Source: Callorhinchus milii | Lineage: Eukaryota | Reading direction: 5' to 3' | Assembly: GCF_018977255.1 (NCBI RefSeq) | Contig: NW_024705443.1 | Coordinates: 1-43,895, forward strand | DNA length: 43,895 nt | Shown: positions 12,520-27,497 of the stretch, piece by piece | Numbering within the stretch: position 1 is the stretch's first letter | How the letters are laid out: every line of letters starts with the position of its first letter | Translations under genes and position numbers: made by a program | Notes under the pieces: generated by a model | Databases searched by the model: none | The model's input: the letters and a program-made list of their open reading frames with translations, nothing else | Told to the model about the DNA's origin: nothing

Positions 12520-12732
12520 ATGCTAGAGGGGAGTTATAAGGGGCTTAAAATCAGACCTCAAGACCATTTCGAGAGGGATTTCACTGAGGATAGACGCGCA
12601 ACTCCTCGCTCTGCAGATTACCCTTCTCCTGCGAGACACAGCCTGGCGAGCCCGATTGCCTGGCGACTGGGAGAGTTCGTAGCGATCTCTTCAGACGGGT
12701 TACAGGGACATCGACACGCCGTGCATCAACAA
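12520..12732 (+). other. Putative upstream exon of the ZF gene (paralogs at ~3566-3778 and 8725-8937 on minus; ~31727-31916, ~35781-35993 and 41473-41685 on plus)
   Basis: Highly conserved block ending in a consensus donor AA|GTAAGT (12733). An internal acceptor-like CTCCTCGCTCTGCAG| ends at 12616. ORF MLEGSYKG...HAVHQQ. Confidence 0.5.
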
Positions 12733-12925
12733 GTAAGTGTCTTTGTTAGTGGATACAACTGGTAGTCGCGTATATCCCGACTTACGAGACGTTACTGTGT
12801 GTTGGTTAGACGGTAGTGAGAGTTTGCTTCTTGGCGATTTGAGCCAGACATCCACGCAGCTTAGAGGGTGCCTTTAACGCTCAACAACACCCGCGACTGT
12901 TACTCTGCTCTGAAGAATCAGTCAC

Positions 12926-14348
<1,423 letters not shown>

Positions 14349-15227
14349 GTACATCTGTTAACTGTTGCCCTGTGTATATTCGCGTCTCTTAGATATATTT
14401 TTTCAGTGATTTCCAGTACTCCGAGCTAGAGTGATGTTGTGAATGCTCTATAATCTGTTCAGATGAACGTATTCCTTTTAATTTCCAGAAGTGTTCACGT
14501 ATTTCAGGATGACAACAATGTTATACTTCTATAGATGCGTTGCTTCGTCTGGTGGTTGTATCATCGGGACTGGTAAATGTTTGGTGTTTATGGTAGAAGG
14601 TGCCATGTCATCTTCTCACAGCTAATTGCGTGTTAAAGTTTATTCTAGACTTCGTCACGTTAAGGTGGTGCTTCGTAGTCCTATCGGACTACTTGTTGAT
14701 GTGTTGTGAAGCGCAGTGGTTGTGTGGTGGTTCAATTTCTGATTTTACTCTCGTGGTTAAGTGGTCTTGTTGAGCTAAAGTTGGAGAAATACTGTGATCA
14801 CAACTTTGCTCAATATTTTAAACATGTTCTTAATTTTTTTATCATTGTGTAATAAATAAAATTGCTTAAAGTAATAGGTTTCAGAGTGTGCGTGGATTGC
14901 ACGTTCGTTGTTCTTGTGTTTGATGGCTTGGACTTCTGGACGAATGGCTTCAGTCGAAAAGGACGTCAATGGGGAAATTGACGTTCACGTGTTGAATTTT
15001 AAGAATATGTTTTAACTGTTGAATTCCTATTGGGAAATAATTTGCCCAGTTCCTTCCTGTTTGAGCATGCGTATTAATAAAGATTTCGATACGAGTGTTA
15101 ACGTGAATTTTCTTGCAGATTAATAAAGACCTGAATTGTTTTTAAAAATTAATGATCGTGCGTTATTTCAAGCATATCCTTCCTTAAAAAAACACGGACG
15201 AGTAGACATGTACACACAAGTGTGCTT

Positions 15228-15257
15228 NNNNNNNNNNNNNNNNNNNNNNNNNNNNNN
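15228..15257. other. Assembly gap (30 N)
   Basis: Run of n. Confidence 0.99.
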
Positions 15258-18200
15258 ACCCCTAGCCAGCTGTGATGACTCTGCACTTCTCCTCCGGCCG
15301 GGCAGTTGAAGTTACCCCGGGACCCGTCAGTGATTATCCCGAGAAAAGACAGATGCGATCGGGATGCACCCACAGGTCCTAGTGCTCTTACCGTACCAGC
15401 TGGACTTTCTTGATCGTGCCCAGCCTTGATATAGTGGCTTTCCCAGAGATTTCTGCATAGGGTCGCACAGGATGCGCAGTTACCCTCCCATTCCATCTCC
15501 TAGTTCTTTTACGCTACCTGACCCTTCATATAGATCTTGGAGGCTGGAGGAGGATGCAGTGGCTCGAGAGAGCACCCCTTGTTCCGTGAGTCAGATCCCA
15601 ATCATTGAGATTAAGAAAGAAATTCAGAGTATGACGTGATTCGATAAGGCCACGACCTATTCTTGCACAACGGCGGAAATAAGCATCTCGCGTCTGGTTG
15701 AGCAGATACAAGTTCTACGTCTGACAAGAATAGCCATGTTTCCGAGAGGAGTGTTAACTTTTGATGGTTTCAACACGCGCTCGGGTTACTACCGAAGCAC
15801 TTAAAGACTCTTTCAGTTTGAGGCTAGAATTCACAGAATTTCTTGCATGAGGTCTTCTGGTAACGATACAGTAACAGGAACTTACCTACTCAACTTGATT
15901 CCGCCAGCGATTGAGTACGTGGTCGCCACAACGCTTTTACGAACAGTACGTATAAAGGCCACCTCGAGATTGTGCTTATAGTAACACAGGGCATGGACGG
16001 AGATGATCGTACGAGCCCGTTCAATACTCTCCTCCCTGTTCATCATATCATTCTCATAATTCCGGGTACCCACCACAGGTATACCCTCACGCGGAGATTT
16101 AAAGCTACAGCGAATAACGTTTGTGGTGCTCACTTTCTCGATGGGTCCGTTAGGTAGAAGAACAGAGTGATAAATCATTCCGTCCCGGGGGGACTCCTAA
16201 GTCACATTTATCATTAGTAAGAGCCAAGCGGCTCAGAAAATACCGCACATGGAAACTTCCCAAAGCATAGTCCCCTTAGCACCGGTGTCGGGGCAACCCT
16301 CACGGTTGGCACAGGTCACCACAGACAGTTTGAATAAGAGTTATCGGGACGCGCACAAAAGTTGACTTGATGGATGCGGGCTATAATCATTGATGCATAC
16401 CGACGCCTTGCATGCTCACCTCCACCCTCGCTCCTTTCGTAGGACACCAACAGGGAACTGAGTGAGTGTCCAGGCCTTAGGAGCGTTCTTAGACTCCCTG
16501 AATTAACATGGTACTCGATTGATACATGAATCTCCAGGGACATGAATCAGGTGAGGGAGTTGCAATCGACAGTCGCTAACTATGACCAGTCACTATGCCC
16601 TGAGAGCACTAGATATCAATGCCGCTTACGAAGTCCCAGCGGGTGTGAATGAGTCCCGTGTGTACTTGTTCGTTCTAGTGAAGACTAATTAGAATCAAAT
16701 GGAAATGTAAGCGTTACTAATCAATAATGCGTGTTACTCGCAAGTGAATCCTAGGGCCGAATTACAGGTGACTTCTATAGCCTATCAGTACCGATGACTT
16801 CGCGTTTACGTCCCGGAGACGGGCCTATAGAGACAATGGGACATTTGATCTCTCAACCGTATGGGCAATCATAACAGTGTTATCGCTCGTTAGTAACGAA
16901 AAATTCCTGTTTTTCTTCTTTCTCATCGGTTGCTGATCGATGGGGTGCAGTGAAGATTCGATCTCACCATGTTGGTAATTAACTGCTGTAACGCAGTTTC
17001 TAACTGTAGCCGCGTGATAGCTATCTGAGTGCGGAGTCAACATCAAATAGTTATCCGAGTCGTTTACGCGTCACAGCTCACTTCCAGTACTTTATCCACA
17101 TAGTTATAGCTTTTCGATTCCCGAATGCCGCAGTTGCCGTGTAGGAGAATACAATCCCGTGCGACGGGCTGGCACCGCGACCACTTTGACTAGACTCAGT
17201 GGGGTTGGCACATGCCGAGTGATTGCTTATCAGGAGGCTCCCAATGCACGTAACCAGTTTATAGCGGACAGTGTTCCCCCAATGTGCAGCTTCTCTGCCC
17301 CCCCGTATGAGTTCTCTCTCCAATCCACATTACTAGCAGATCTTTTTCAAGCGGTTTACGAGGCGCACGCAACTCCCGGAGACAAAGGATCTCCCCTACG
17401 GTCGTTGATCCGTATTCCAGTTAATGTCGTAACGTGCGTGCAAATTACGGATTGCGCTTTGGTGAATTGCGTTAACGACAGTTTCAAACATGAAACGCGC
17501 CAGTTATCACCTGAGGAGGCAACGTACGTCCGAACACAAGGCACTGACCGTGGAGATAGATCATATCAACTAAGCAAGACGAATCCCGTCTCAATATGGA
17601 TGGGTAGGACGCGGTATTAGTAATGACTGCGTAAAACGGGTACCTCCAGTCCTGAAAGTTTAAAGACCAAAAGAACGACGCTTCAAAGCCTAGGGGTCCG
17701 TGCAGGAGCACGCACGCTTTGTAAGGGACCTATGGTCCCCGCATGCCACGATGAAGTCTGGTGGGGTCGACGATGCATCTCTGTCCCTCTGTAAGGGACC
17801 TGACAAAGGTCCGCAACGTTACCTCGGTGCGAGATAAGGTCCCAGCAGATCTCTAGAAACACAAAGAGCAAAACAGTCCATCCAATATCAGCTGCGAGCA
17901 ATAAGACTCAACGAAGAGGAAATTGACTGTTGCCGGCCGCAGTGCTGAGACGAGTGGCCGCTCGAAGCCTGTATTTAGTCACTATATGAAAATTCTCACG
18001 GCAAACGAGAGAGAAATACCGAAGGAGTGTATAATACGTCGATTGTCGGAAGGCAAAAACCAAGCAGGTGCAATAACGGTCCATCAGAGGCAGGCAAATG
18101 ACCACCCGCAGTATTCACGTGTCTCGGTAAGGTCACGTTATTTGATGACCCAAAAACTCGGTGCATTGGGTTTCCATATATACTAGTAAGATCGTCATTG

Positions 18201-21200
18201 ATATAGGATCCATTTCGGGTGATTATCAGCGTGAGAAGCTAAGTAATCCGCTTCTCACCCTAACCGCTAACGTACTTTGAGTCAAACTATATGTGGATTT
18301 TTCCGAAGTGGTAATCGTAGGTTTTAGACGAGACAGACTACCAATTAATAAGTTATCAACAGTTACGGAGCCCCGGGGGGTAAGGATATTCCACGTGAAT
18401 GACGCGGACCCAAGAGTACGAGTCGTGCAAATGTTAACCGAAAGAAACCTTACGTGTTTCCAAGCGGTTGGCAACGATCCTACTGGGCGGTTTCTCACGG
18501 ACATAACCTTGTGGGTAGCCCTTTCACTCCATAACTAATCAATTTTCTTCAAGTGGTTTGCTGGTGGTCACCTTCGCGGATGTTAGCATCCTGTGGATTA
18601 GTGCTCTATTATGGCGCGACGTAATTAATGTAAGTTCATATAAAGCCGTACTGAAGAGACACACAGCCGTCACGATCGGGATTCCCCGCCAGAATAAACA
18701 GTAAACCGCTTCGATGCCCACGAGGGTCAACTATGACGGTGGGTTGATCGTAATGTTTCGGGGGTGGGGTGCGCTTACGGTCATCGGTTTTAAACAGGTG
18801 ATACCAACAACCCTCAATAACCGTAGATACAGCTCCGTTTTAAGTCGTAGGGTTGACATGGCTGTTTGAAACTGGCAATAATCCTAGCGTCCGGGACGCG
18901 CTTGAGCCAACATTCTTTATTGTACTCAACAGTCCACGTAGGGAGAGCTAAACGCCCAATATAAGTGCAGCAGTGAGCGCGGCCATATTCTGGCACAGCA
19001 AACTCAGTACAGGCAGAGATCTATCACTAAGTGAACAGCCCGCTGCTAACTCTTGGAAGAATGCCTGAGCAGTAAAATTCTCGCCGACGGAGAGCAGTGT
19101 GCGAAGCCAGGAATTACCGTATTGCTCACCCTCCATAGTTTCTGTACAGGCGAGTCGATTCGGATAATAATGTTAGGCAGAATGTTTAATCGGACACTAT
19201 TCGCAATCCTCTCGCCAAGTCGCGCTGAATTGGCCTGGGACTCAGAAGCCAATACAGTCTCATCCACGGATTACCCGACGCCATACGTGCGACAGGGGAA
19301 AGAATAGTTTAAGGTTCTTGTGACAAAAGCCGAGGGAGCACGTTCCACGGGCCCCAGCATTGAGACTCGCAGTAGTCGAGCGTGGTGTAGCTCTCTCACT
19401 CGCGCGGTATAAATCGCTTTGTAAAGCGGCGCCTATTTTTATAGCGTCGGGGAAGAGAGCTAGGATCGTGGGGATTTGGCGATGATAGTATTAGTAGGAG
19501 ACAAGGGCTTGTATGTCTCCTATTTTCCAACGCACGAAGGGCACAGGAGAACAACTGTGTTCCTCAAGCTCGAGACCTTCAACTCCTCGACGAGGCGGCA
19601 AGCCGGAGGTTTGGCCAACAGAATCGGTTTGGGGCTTTCATAATCTTTGAACAGGAGCGCGCAGTACGTTCAGCTACGGAATGTACATCACTGCTAATTC
19701 CTCCTCCATCATACCTGTCATACCGCCGGGCGTCTTCGCACTTTCTGCGTTAACTTTGTTTCGAGAGTGTTCGTATGGGCTGCAAGGGGTTAGGGGTCTA
19801 TCATTATTGCATCAAGTACATCTAGACGATGAGACATCCCGATAGATGGTAGCCATTTCCTGTTATGTCTTGGATGTATACATCTGTATTTCAGATTGGC
19901 TAGGGTGGGGGCTGATCAACCTCGAAAAAGGCCAAGTAGTCACTTCATGTTACTTAGTGCCTGCCAAATTCCCGTATTAAAATTGATTCCGCATTCAGTG
20001 AGCGGCCCAAGTTGGTATCGATCAGGCCTCTATCACGTCGTTGTCATCCCTAGAGAGTCGGACATATATCTGTCGCAAGCGGGGAGACTTCCAAGACGCT
20101 GCTACTCTCGATCAATGGTGGGTTCGAGGTAGAAGGCAATTAACGGAACGTGCACGACGTCCACTACGGTCGCCCAATTCATGGCGGCTCCCACTCTTTC
20201 AAACCATGCCCAGGTTTTACCTAGAAATTCGGGGAACTTCATCGTCGGCGCATCGGTTGATCCTTCGATGCGTACCTGTCGTGCGACGCGTTTTCTTTCA
20301 TAGATGCGAACTTCTAAGAGAGCACTATCTTCGTGCTCACCGTTATGACGACTTTAACGGATCACGGAAATACTTTTGGCAGAGCGGCTTGAACAAAAAA
20401 TTGTGGCCTTGCGTATAGAAATGCCTACTGGCGAGGTTGAGATCATAGCGCAAAGCGCCAAATAGTTCTCCCCCCCGTTAAAAATTCATATAATTTCCGA
20501 TGTAAGCGCGCAGCCCTCACCGCGATAGGCTAAAGCCATACATTATGCGATAGCACAGCACCACTTGATCCTACGTACCATCTTTTGCAGGATGCGAGTT
20601 CAAATATTGAATTACCAACTTTTCCCTAGCCGTTAATAGATAACCCTCGCTAAAATCCATGGAAAGCAAGCGGAACTACGTAGCAGCTGCCAACATTCGC
20701 ACTCACCCCTGGAACATGAGGCGTGTGGCCGGGTGTCCACGCAGCTACAGTTCAAGCTGGGTGAGGTCAATAAGTTCTGTAATCAGTAGCTTTCCAGGTC
20801 AGCTATCATGAGTCATTTGTCAGGGATGGGGCTGGAGAGCGAAGATTTTGTAAGGTAATACAATTATTGCCACGATTCTCATGGAAGTAGTCGATACGCC
20901 TTTAGTCAGTGCGTCTGATGAGGTGCACTTACCTTGCTCGCCGATCGCAGGGAGTCGCAGGCGTCCTAAGAGACCGCAACGAACTGACCAGTAGGAGTTC
21001 GCATGCTGCTAAATTTTAACTACGTTCAGCAGCATGGAGTGAGGGTCTCGAAGGTAATATTGAGGCTTGTGAATTCGGAGAGTGTAGCGCAGGATGCGTG
21101 TCAGCTGTACGTATCAGAGATATTCTGTGAGACTGAATATTGATATTGGGACAACCTAGCTAATTTCGAGTGAGGTCTCGTGAGTACCCCTGCGGGGTCG

Positions 21201-24200
21201 CGATACTTCCTCCAAATTTATAACCCGACCACAAGTTTCACATGAAAAACATTGGGAAGTGATCAACGATAACCTATACAATCTGGTATTCTACTAGGTA
21301 CGATAGATTGGAAGCACACGAGGTAGTTAAAGTTCCTAACGACGTCGACCTTTGCCCAAAATGTTCGCGCAATAGCTGGCCCGCGTGATGGGGCCGGAAT
21401 CAGTACGCGTCCCGATGAGATGCACCTACATTTACAGCAAGAACTGGCTTTATAAACGTCAAATCAAAAATCTGGGCAACTCTATTTGCCCAGGCAGGGA
21501 TCTGTACGCGGTGGCTCAATTGGCAGCTCCCATGGGCAAGACAAGAGCGGGCTTCGTCGTGTAAGGACTGGTTAAGTGCGCCTCACCGGCCGGGAGCATC
21601 TGAAGTCTTACGATACGAATCCGAGTCCAAGACGTGCTAATCCAGGCGATTATAGACCCCCACTCTGTCCCCTAGATGGTCATAAAAAATCGGTTTGCCC
21701 ACCAACTTGGATCGTGTCATTGTGGGCGGAAGACTGCCCATAGTGTTCCGGGTGATCAATTAGTGACATATGGACATCTGTGGAACAACGACTTTAGTAT
21801 GAAAGCGAACAAAATCAACCCTGGCAACCAGACAGCAGTCTTTACTTGTCGCTAATTAAACTCGACATCAACAGAAATATTCAACAGATCCGCTTCGCAA
21901 TTACGACATCATATTTTTGACCTGTATCTGACTGCGTAAAGATATGACCGGAACGGACACATGTGCGTCCAGGAGGGTCTGCTGGCACAGGACGAAATAT
22001 GTCTTAATCAGCGCGTTTTATCCCCTGCAGTGGACCATAGAAGAGAGCTCCTGCTATTCTCGGAACGAAAAAATAACCGTTGGAAGTTGCCGATAGAAAC
22101 AACGCAGCATTACGGGATCCTTTAAGAGTTTCCTCCCACAATGACATGGAAGTGAGCACAGCTCCTGTACTTCGGGAGAGAGATAACCTCCATACCACGT
22201 TTTCTAGTGAAGAGGACTAGTCCGCGAAGACTCGTGTATTACTTTCACTCCCATCGGCGGTGAGTGTGACCGGTCCTCCGCACAACGTGCCGACTTCAGC
22301 TGTTGCTTCCGCGACGTCCGTCAATAGAACCCGTGATAACTGACGCATCATGTCCTTATCCTAACGGGTGATTAATACTCCCAAGAATAGAGACTTCGAA
22401 TGAACACGTAGGGGCCCGGCCAGGAGAAAAGCTACGTCAGTATTTTTCACTAACTACCGCACCTTAGCCAGTCAAAAACTAGATGGCCGCATCTAGGGTT
22501 CGGATGAGTACTGAGAAGTTAACGCGATTCTTGGAGTATGCAACCGTGAGAGCGTATGTAATAAATCCCCGAGTCCGCCGAAGTGACGGCCTCCGCCGAG
22601 AACAGGACCGGACCGGCCAGTGATAGCTGGAAATCCTAGCTCATACTATGCCAAATTTGTAGGTTCCTAACCCTAAGGAGACGCCCCCCCGAGGTACGGC
22701 TCTGCATTCCCATCCGCCCCGGGAAATGAAACGCGTCCAGGTCCCGGATATGCGAACTATATGCCAGATGATGGCTTTCTCGTGAGAGACGTTCCATGGC
22801 GAATGAAGCGCACCAGCTGCGGCGGGCGCTGAGCGTAGCATATACAAACGTAGTAGCGGGATGCTAACAATCCTACAGAAATACGTTTCGGTCGTTAGTG
22901 AATCTCTCACTTTTAAGTGGGCTTGAGCCGGTGCGAAATGAGTTGAATGATCCCTCCGTTGCGGTTATGAGTCCATTGTGGCGTGACCTCGCATCCTGGG
23001 GACGGGACCGGGGCCAAGGCTTATGACGCCCTAATGCTCCTCAAGATGACACCTTGACCCGTCTGAGCATGGGGAGAAACCCACAGGCGCTTGACTTGAG
23101 ATTCGGAATGCAAATTCTTAATACATGTAAGAGTGACAGATGTCATGTAACCTCAAAGTCTTTTCAGTGGGACACGGATCTGCGTCACGTAAAACCACCC
23201 ACCAATTGTGCGCAAGATTTTCGACAATCAAGTTTCGAGACAATTCTTCGAGCTTCACATATAACCTGCATGGGGAACCATGTAGTCGAAAGGGAGGACG
23301 ATACATCAGTTATTGAGACCGGCTCTAAACACTGTAGAAACTCTATCCCTGATTCCTGCTGAGTTTAAGGGAGAAACCAACCCCACGGGAACCGGGCAGT
23401 TACTGCTTATCCCAAATTGGCGCTATGTCTACGGTGTCACTCTGCAGTTTGTTACTCGCGCAAGATTCGGTAAGGTCCATCAGACCTTGTGTCAAGGGTA
23501 CCACGGTTCGGCAGGGTACTCCGACAGTTGACTATTTGCATTGAGTGGGGCCCGGTGAGACGAGAACGATAAATAGCACATGCAACCGTCGTTTAGAGCA
23601 GGGAAATCACGTTTTCGTGACGACCCGAGGTGCAGGATGGGTAAACAAGAGGGCTTCGGCCAGATTATACTTGCCTCCTGGAACGACCATTTTAGCTGTC
23701 GGGGTCTGGTCATCTCATGGATGGTCAGCAAGATAGCCGTATGTGGGGAAGGAGCTGGGCAAAAATGTACGGTACTACTTACTAATCAATACCGACAAAC
23801 GTAAAGAGATTTGCTGAGATTACAGTTCTCGCCGAATTAACATATGCGTTCTTCTTCTGTTGCGTCCTTCGCATCTGTATCCCTAGTTGAAACTCCGTGC
23901 GAAGTGACTGCGCATTAACGCGACGGCAATGTCTGACCCCGATCGGATGCGTGAACCATAACTGACAAAGACACTGATTGCTAGATTAATGTTGAAGATA
24001 ATTGATATAGTTGAGTCAGTAGCTTATCGACAAGTTGGGCTGCGATATATTCCCTTATTCTGCTACGGTATATGTAAGAGGAACGCTGTATCTTCACATG
24101 AGAGGCGTCCTTAATCCCTTACCATCATCACTGATGGACCTTTGCTCTGCGCTCAACAAAGGACCGTTTACGTGTGTTTCGCAACTCTCGAACTCATGGG

Positions 24201-27150
24201 GAGGCATACTTCAAAGAATTAGTGAAGGCCCGATTAAGCGCAAATAACGTATGGCAATAGGCAGATCGAACGTCATGAGGACTAACCATGCGGTTCGCTC
24301 CGCTTCTAAACATGAGGCCGCAGTCTGTTGAACTACATTAGATCACGCTGTTGGACGAACTGGTAAAATAGGGATTCCCAAGCGTCATACGGACCGCTCC
24401 GGCTCTTCAGCTCCGCTATAATCGCTTCTAATCGACGGAAATAAAATAATTATGGATCAATTGGTTAGGTTCCCGCTCAGTCGAGGTACTTGCTGCTATG
24501 TTGTCACATAGTAATCCAACTGGGAGTAAGATCGAAAGATAACGCTAATTGCCTTGCAGTGGGAAACCGGTACTTCAACAATCCGATAACTGCTCCTCGG
24601 GGGTAATGTATGTTGCGGAGTATTACTAGAAATGGGAACTGGCCTCAAAGACCGGGGTAATACCCAAGGTCTCATTGTACCGAGATCTCTAGATTACGTA
24701 GGAAAGGCGCTAAGAGAGTGGTAATTGGGAATGAGGGCAAATGATAAGCTGTTACGAATCTGCCCATTAGGTAGATCAATTATGGATGTATTCAAGGGTC
24801 AGATAACGCATTAGGTACAGCCGACGATGCCAGTGTATGACTGGCATACGTGTCATCCAGACTTCGAAGTTTTTGACCCCGATTCACAATCAATACTCTC
24901 ACCATGGCTTTGCACCGTGTTGCGGTGTGCGACTAGTGATGTCTCCTGCTCCTCAATTACTCATGTTTTCCTAGTCCGTAAGCGTCCTTACGTCAGAGAA
25001 CCGTTTTCGGTTGGTAGATAGAGCATCATGTTGTTTGAGTTGGATCCTGATTCTATGCCTAGTGGCCACTGCGAGCTGCAGCTAGCCAATTCACCCGGAG
25101 AGAGTCTCTGCAAGCAAGCCCAAAGTATATCTTGCAATCCCTCTGCGTTATCGGAGTCCAAACCGTGCCAGACCTTACGTTAATTGTTCAGGAGGTGGTC
25201 CCATTAAGAAATAGAATTGCCATTGTTATAGACGTTGAACCCCGGTAAGTTTATACCTAGACGCCGTAGCTGTAATCGCACGCAATCCTTAGTCGTTACC
25301 ACACCCTAAACTAGGCTTAAATGTGGATGCGCTCCATCTATCTCTTGGCAAGCGGAATAGGGTATACGTGAGTATTGATCTACGTATAAAGCCCTCTGGT
25401 GGTAAAGCTACGGGCAGATTACCAAAAGGTAGTGTTACTTTAAATCTCGTTAACCAGCCGCCATTGTGTTGAGACGGGCTCGAATGAGACTTTTTAAAAG
25501 AAGCAATTAAGGCTGGACAAGGCCTTCAAAGACTAGACTACACAAAATGCGTCAAAGATGCCCATAAGGGCAGTCATCGGTAGTGGAAGAAGCCCTACGT
25601 GCGTCCCCCCCTCTCATAAAGTTAGTCGGGTCTTACGGATGGCGTCACGGGCTCAGGGCGGATGGACTTGATTTCGGAGGGGGTCACGAACAATACATAC
25701 CCCCTACTGAGCTCCTCCAGACTCTGGAGTCAAACACCTTCTGGAGTTACATGATACATGTGTTGTTTAAGGCTGCTCCGGCACGAGGCTGCGGTCAGTT
25801 CCTGAATGTGGCATCCTTTAGACTAGGATTCGAATCAAGTATCTGCTGAAAACCGCAGGAACAACTGCCCTGGGATTCTTATAACCCGCTGGACCCGACT
25901 TAAGGGACAGGGCAGAAAGCAAACTCGGTCGACGTACCGACGTTCGATCTAGTGTGTTTGATCCTGTCCAGATACTCGAACCAGAGAGTACCTTCTCCTC
26001 CCCCACCGGTGTAGGATCAAACAAACGGAATCAAGGACAAATCAGTCGTGCTGAAGCCCCGTCGGGCAGGCCCGCTGCCGGCGCTACCAGGATGAATACG
26101 AGTTTTAGGTACTTTCTCTATGAGTAAAGTCCCGCCTTGCAACCCTGCGTTAGATAGGAGTGCCTATGCATTCAATGTTTCCGGCGCTATAACAAACCAG
26201 AGAGCGCATTCGGGGCGGCTTAGTGATTTGTGTCATTCTGCGTGTAATATAACTAGTGACTGAAGACGCAGTTTCAGACGATGGTCGTGACACAAGGATG
26301 TTTGAACCTATGTCGGTAGCTTGTGAACAAGGGCTAGTGGAGTCTCTTAGAAAAGTAAGGACCTTAGGGCGTTAGATAGTTGGACGGTTGCACAACACTA
26401 TAACGAAACATATCGCCGAATAAACGCCAATCACTTACAGTAATTCGCAAGTGGGGGACTCCAGGCGCGTAAGACCAACCATCGCTACCTTGGGAATTTG
26501 TTGAAAGGAGATTACTGTATGAGCAAGTCGTTCAACGTATCATGTATACTCGATCATGATTGGTAACTGTTTGAGGCTGACTCTCTAAGCTCGTTTCCTG
26601 GATTAGCATAGTTCAGGTCCTGAAAATTTCAATTTTCTTTCCTCTCGGTGGTTTCTCGCAAGACTAAACAATAGTAGAGATTCTTTCTAACGAGATTGAT
26701 CCCGGTGGCTTAGCACGTGCCAAACTGCCGTTCGCCACCAGTGAGCGGCCAGAAATCGTTACCGATCCACGCCCGGATTCTCGACAGCAGCGTCTACTCT
26801 GATCTCGGTCCGGGTCCGGCTATTTCAGTGTTACTCAGAATAGGTCAAAGGGCCTCAATTAACTGCAATATACTCTAAGGCTGATACCGGACACTGCAGT
26901 GATCACTTACGGCTATTAGCTCTTCAACTACTGTAGGTCTAGCGGGGTAGTTCAATTTGAGTCCCGTGTGGAGCTTCCACAGTCTCAAGATCCGGAGCCC
27001 GTTACCAATGCAGGAGCTGTCAGAGGGGGCCCGTCAACACTTGGAAGGGGATCCAAAACCGCCTGGACTAGTACAATAGGCAGGGATAGTATTGGGATGG
27101 GGGTTGTGGGGATAGCGGAATATAGAGGATGAATCAGGATGATTTGTGTC
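15258..27150. other. Featureless, random-like unique block
   Basis: Longest ORF is 153 aa with no recognisable motif. Spot counts give near-even base use and abundant TpA and CpG. No microsatellites, AT tracts or flank repeats seen. Confidence 0.75.
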
Positions 27151-27424
27151 CTCTTAACATTGCCCCGTAGACGTCCTATGGGAACCGGTTCCCTATCTCT
27201 TAACATTGCCCCATAGACTTCATATGGGAACCGGTTCCCTATCTCTTAACATTGCCCCAACGACTTCCTATGGGAACCGGTTCCCTATCTCTTAACATTG
27301 CCCCATACACTTCCTATGGGAACCGGTTCCCTATCTCTCAACATTTCCGATAGACTTTCTATGGGAACCGGTTCCCTATCTCTTAACATTGCCCCATAGA
27401 CTTCCTATGGGAACCGGTTCCCTA
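27151..27424. repeat. 46-bp tandem array x6 with palindromic core
   Basis: Consensus CTCTTAACATTGCCCCATAGACTTCCTATGGGAACCGGTTCCCTAT; units start at 27151, 27197, 27243, 27289, 27335 and 27380. Confidence 0.97.
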
Positions 27425-27459
27425 ACAAAACAGTAAGACTTCACAAATCTGTCTGTCGC

Positions 27460-27497
27460 CTGATGAAGCTAGTTGTATTTACTGGCGAAACGTCGTA
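27460..27497 (+). ncRNA. Hammerhead ribozyme core (stem I weak)
   Basis: CTGATGA-A-GCTAGT-TGTATTT-ACTGGC-GAAAC-GTC; stem II pairs 6/6 with one GU. Confidence 0.6.

Noticed and set aside
15258..15600. Cys-containing minus-strand frame (MEWEGNCASC...HSWLG) as an endogenous viral fragment
   Set aside because: In-frame stops lie just upstream and there is no motif I can assign; it would need a tblastx hit.
17159..17620. 153-aa ORF, and the other short ORFs in 15258-27150, as genes
   Set aside because: No motifs or coding-like composition; lengths are compatible with chance.
27151..27424. CRISPR array
   Set aside because: The sequence between palindromes is near-identical rather than unique spacers; no cas genes; eukaryotic context.
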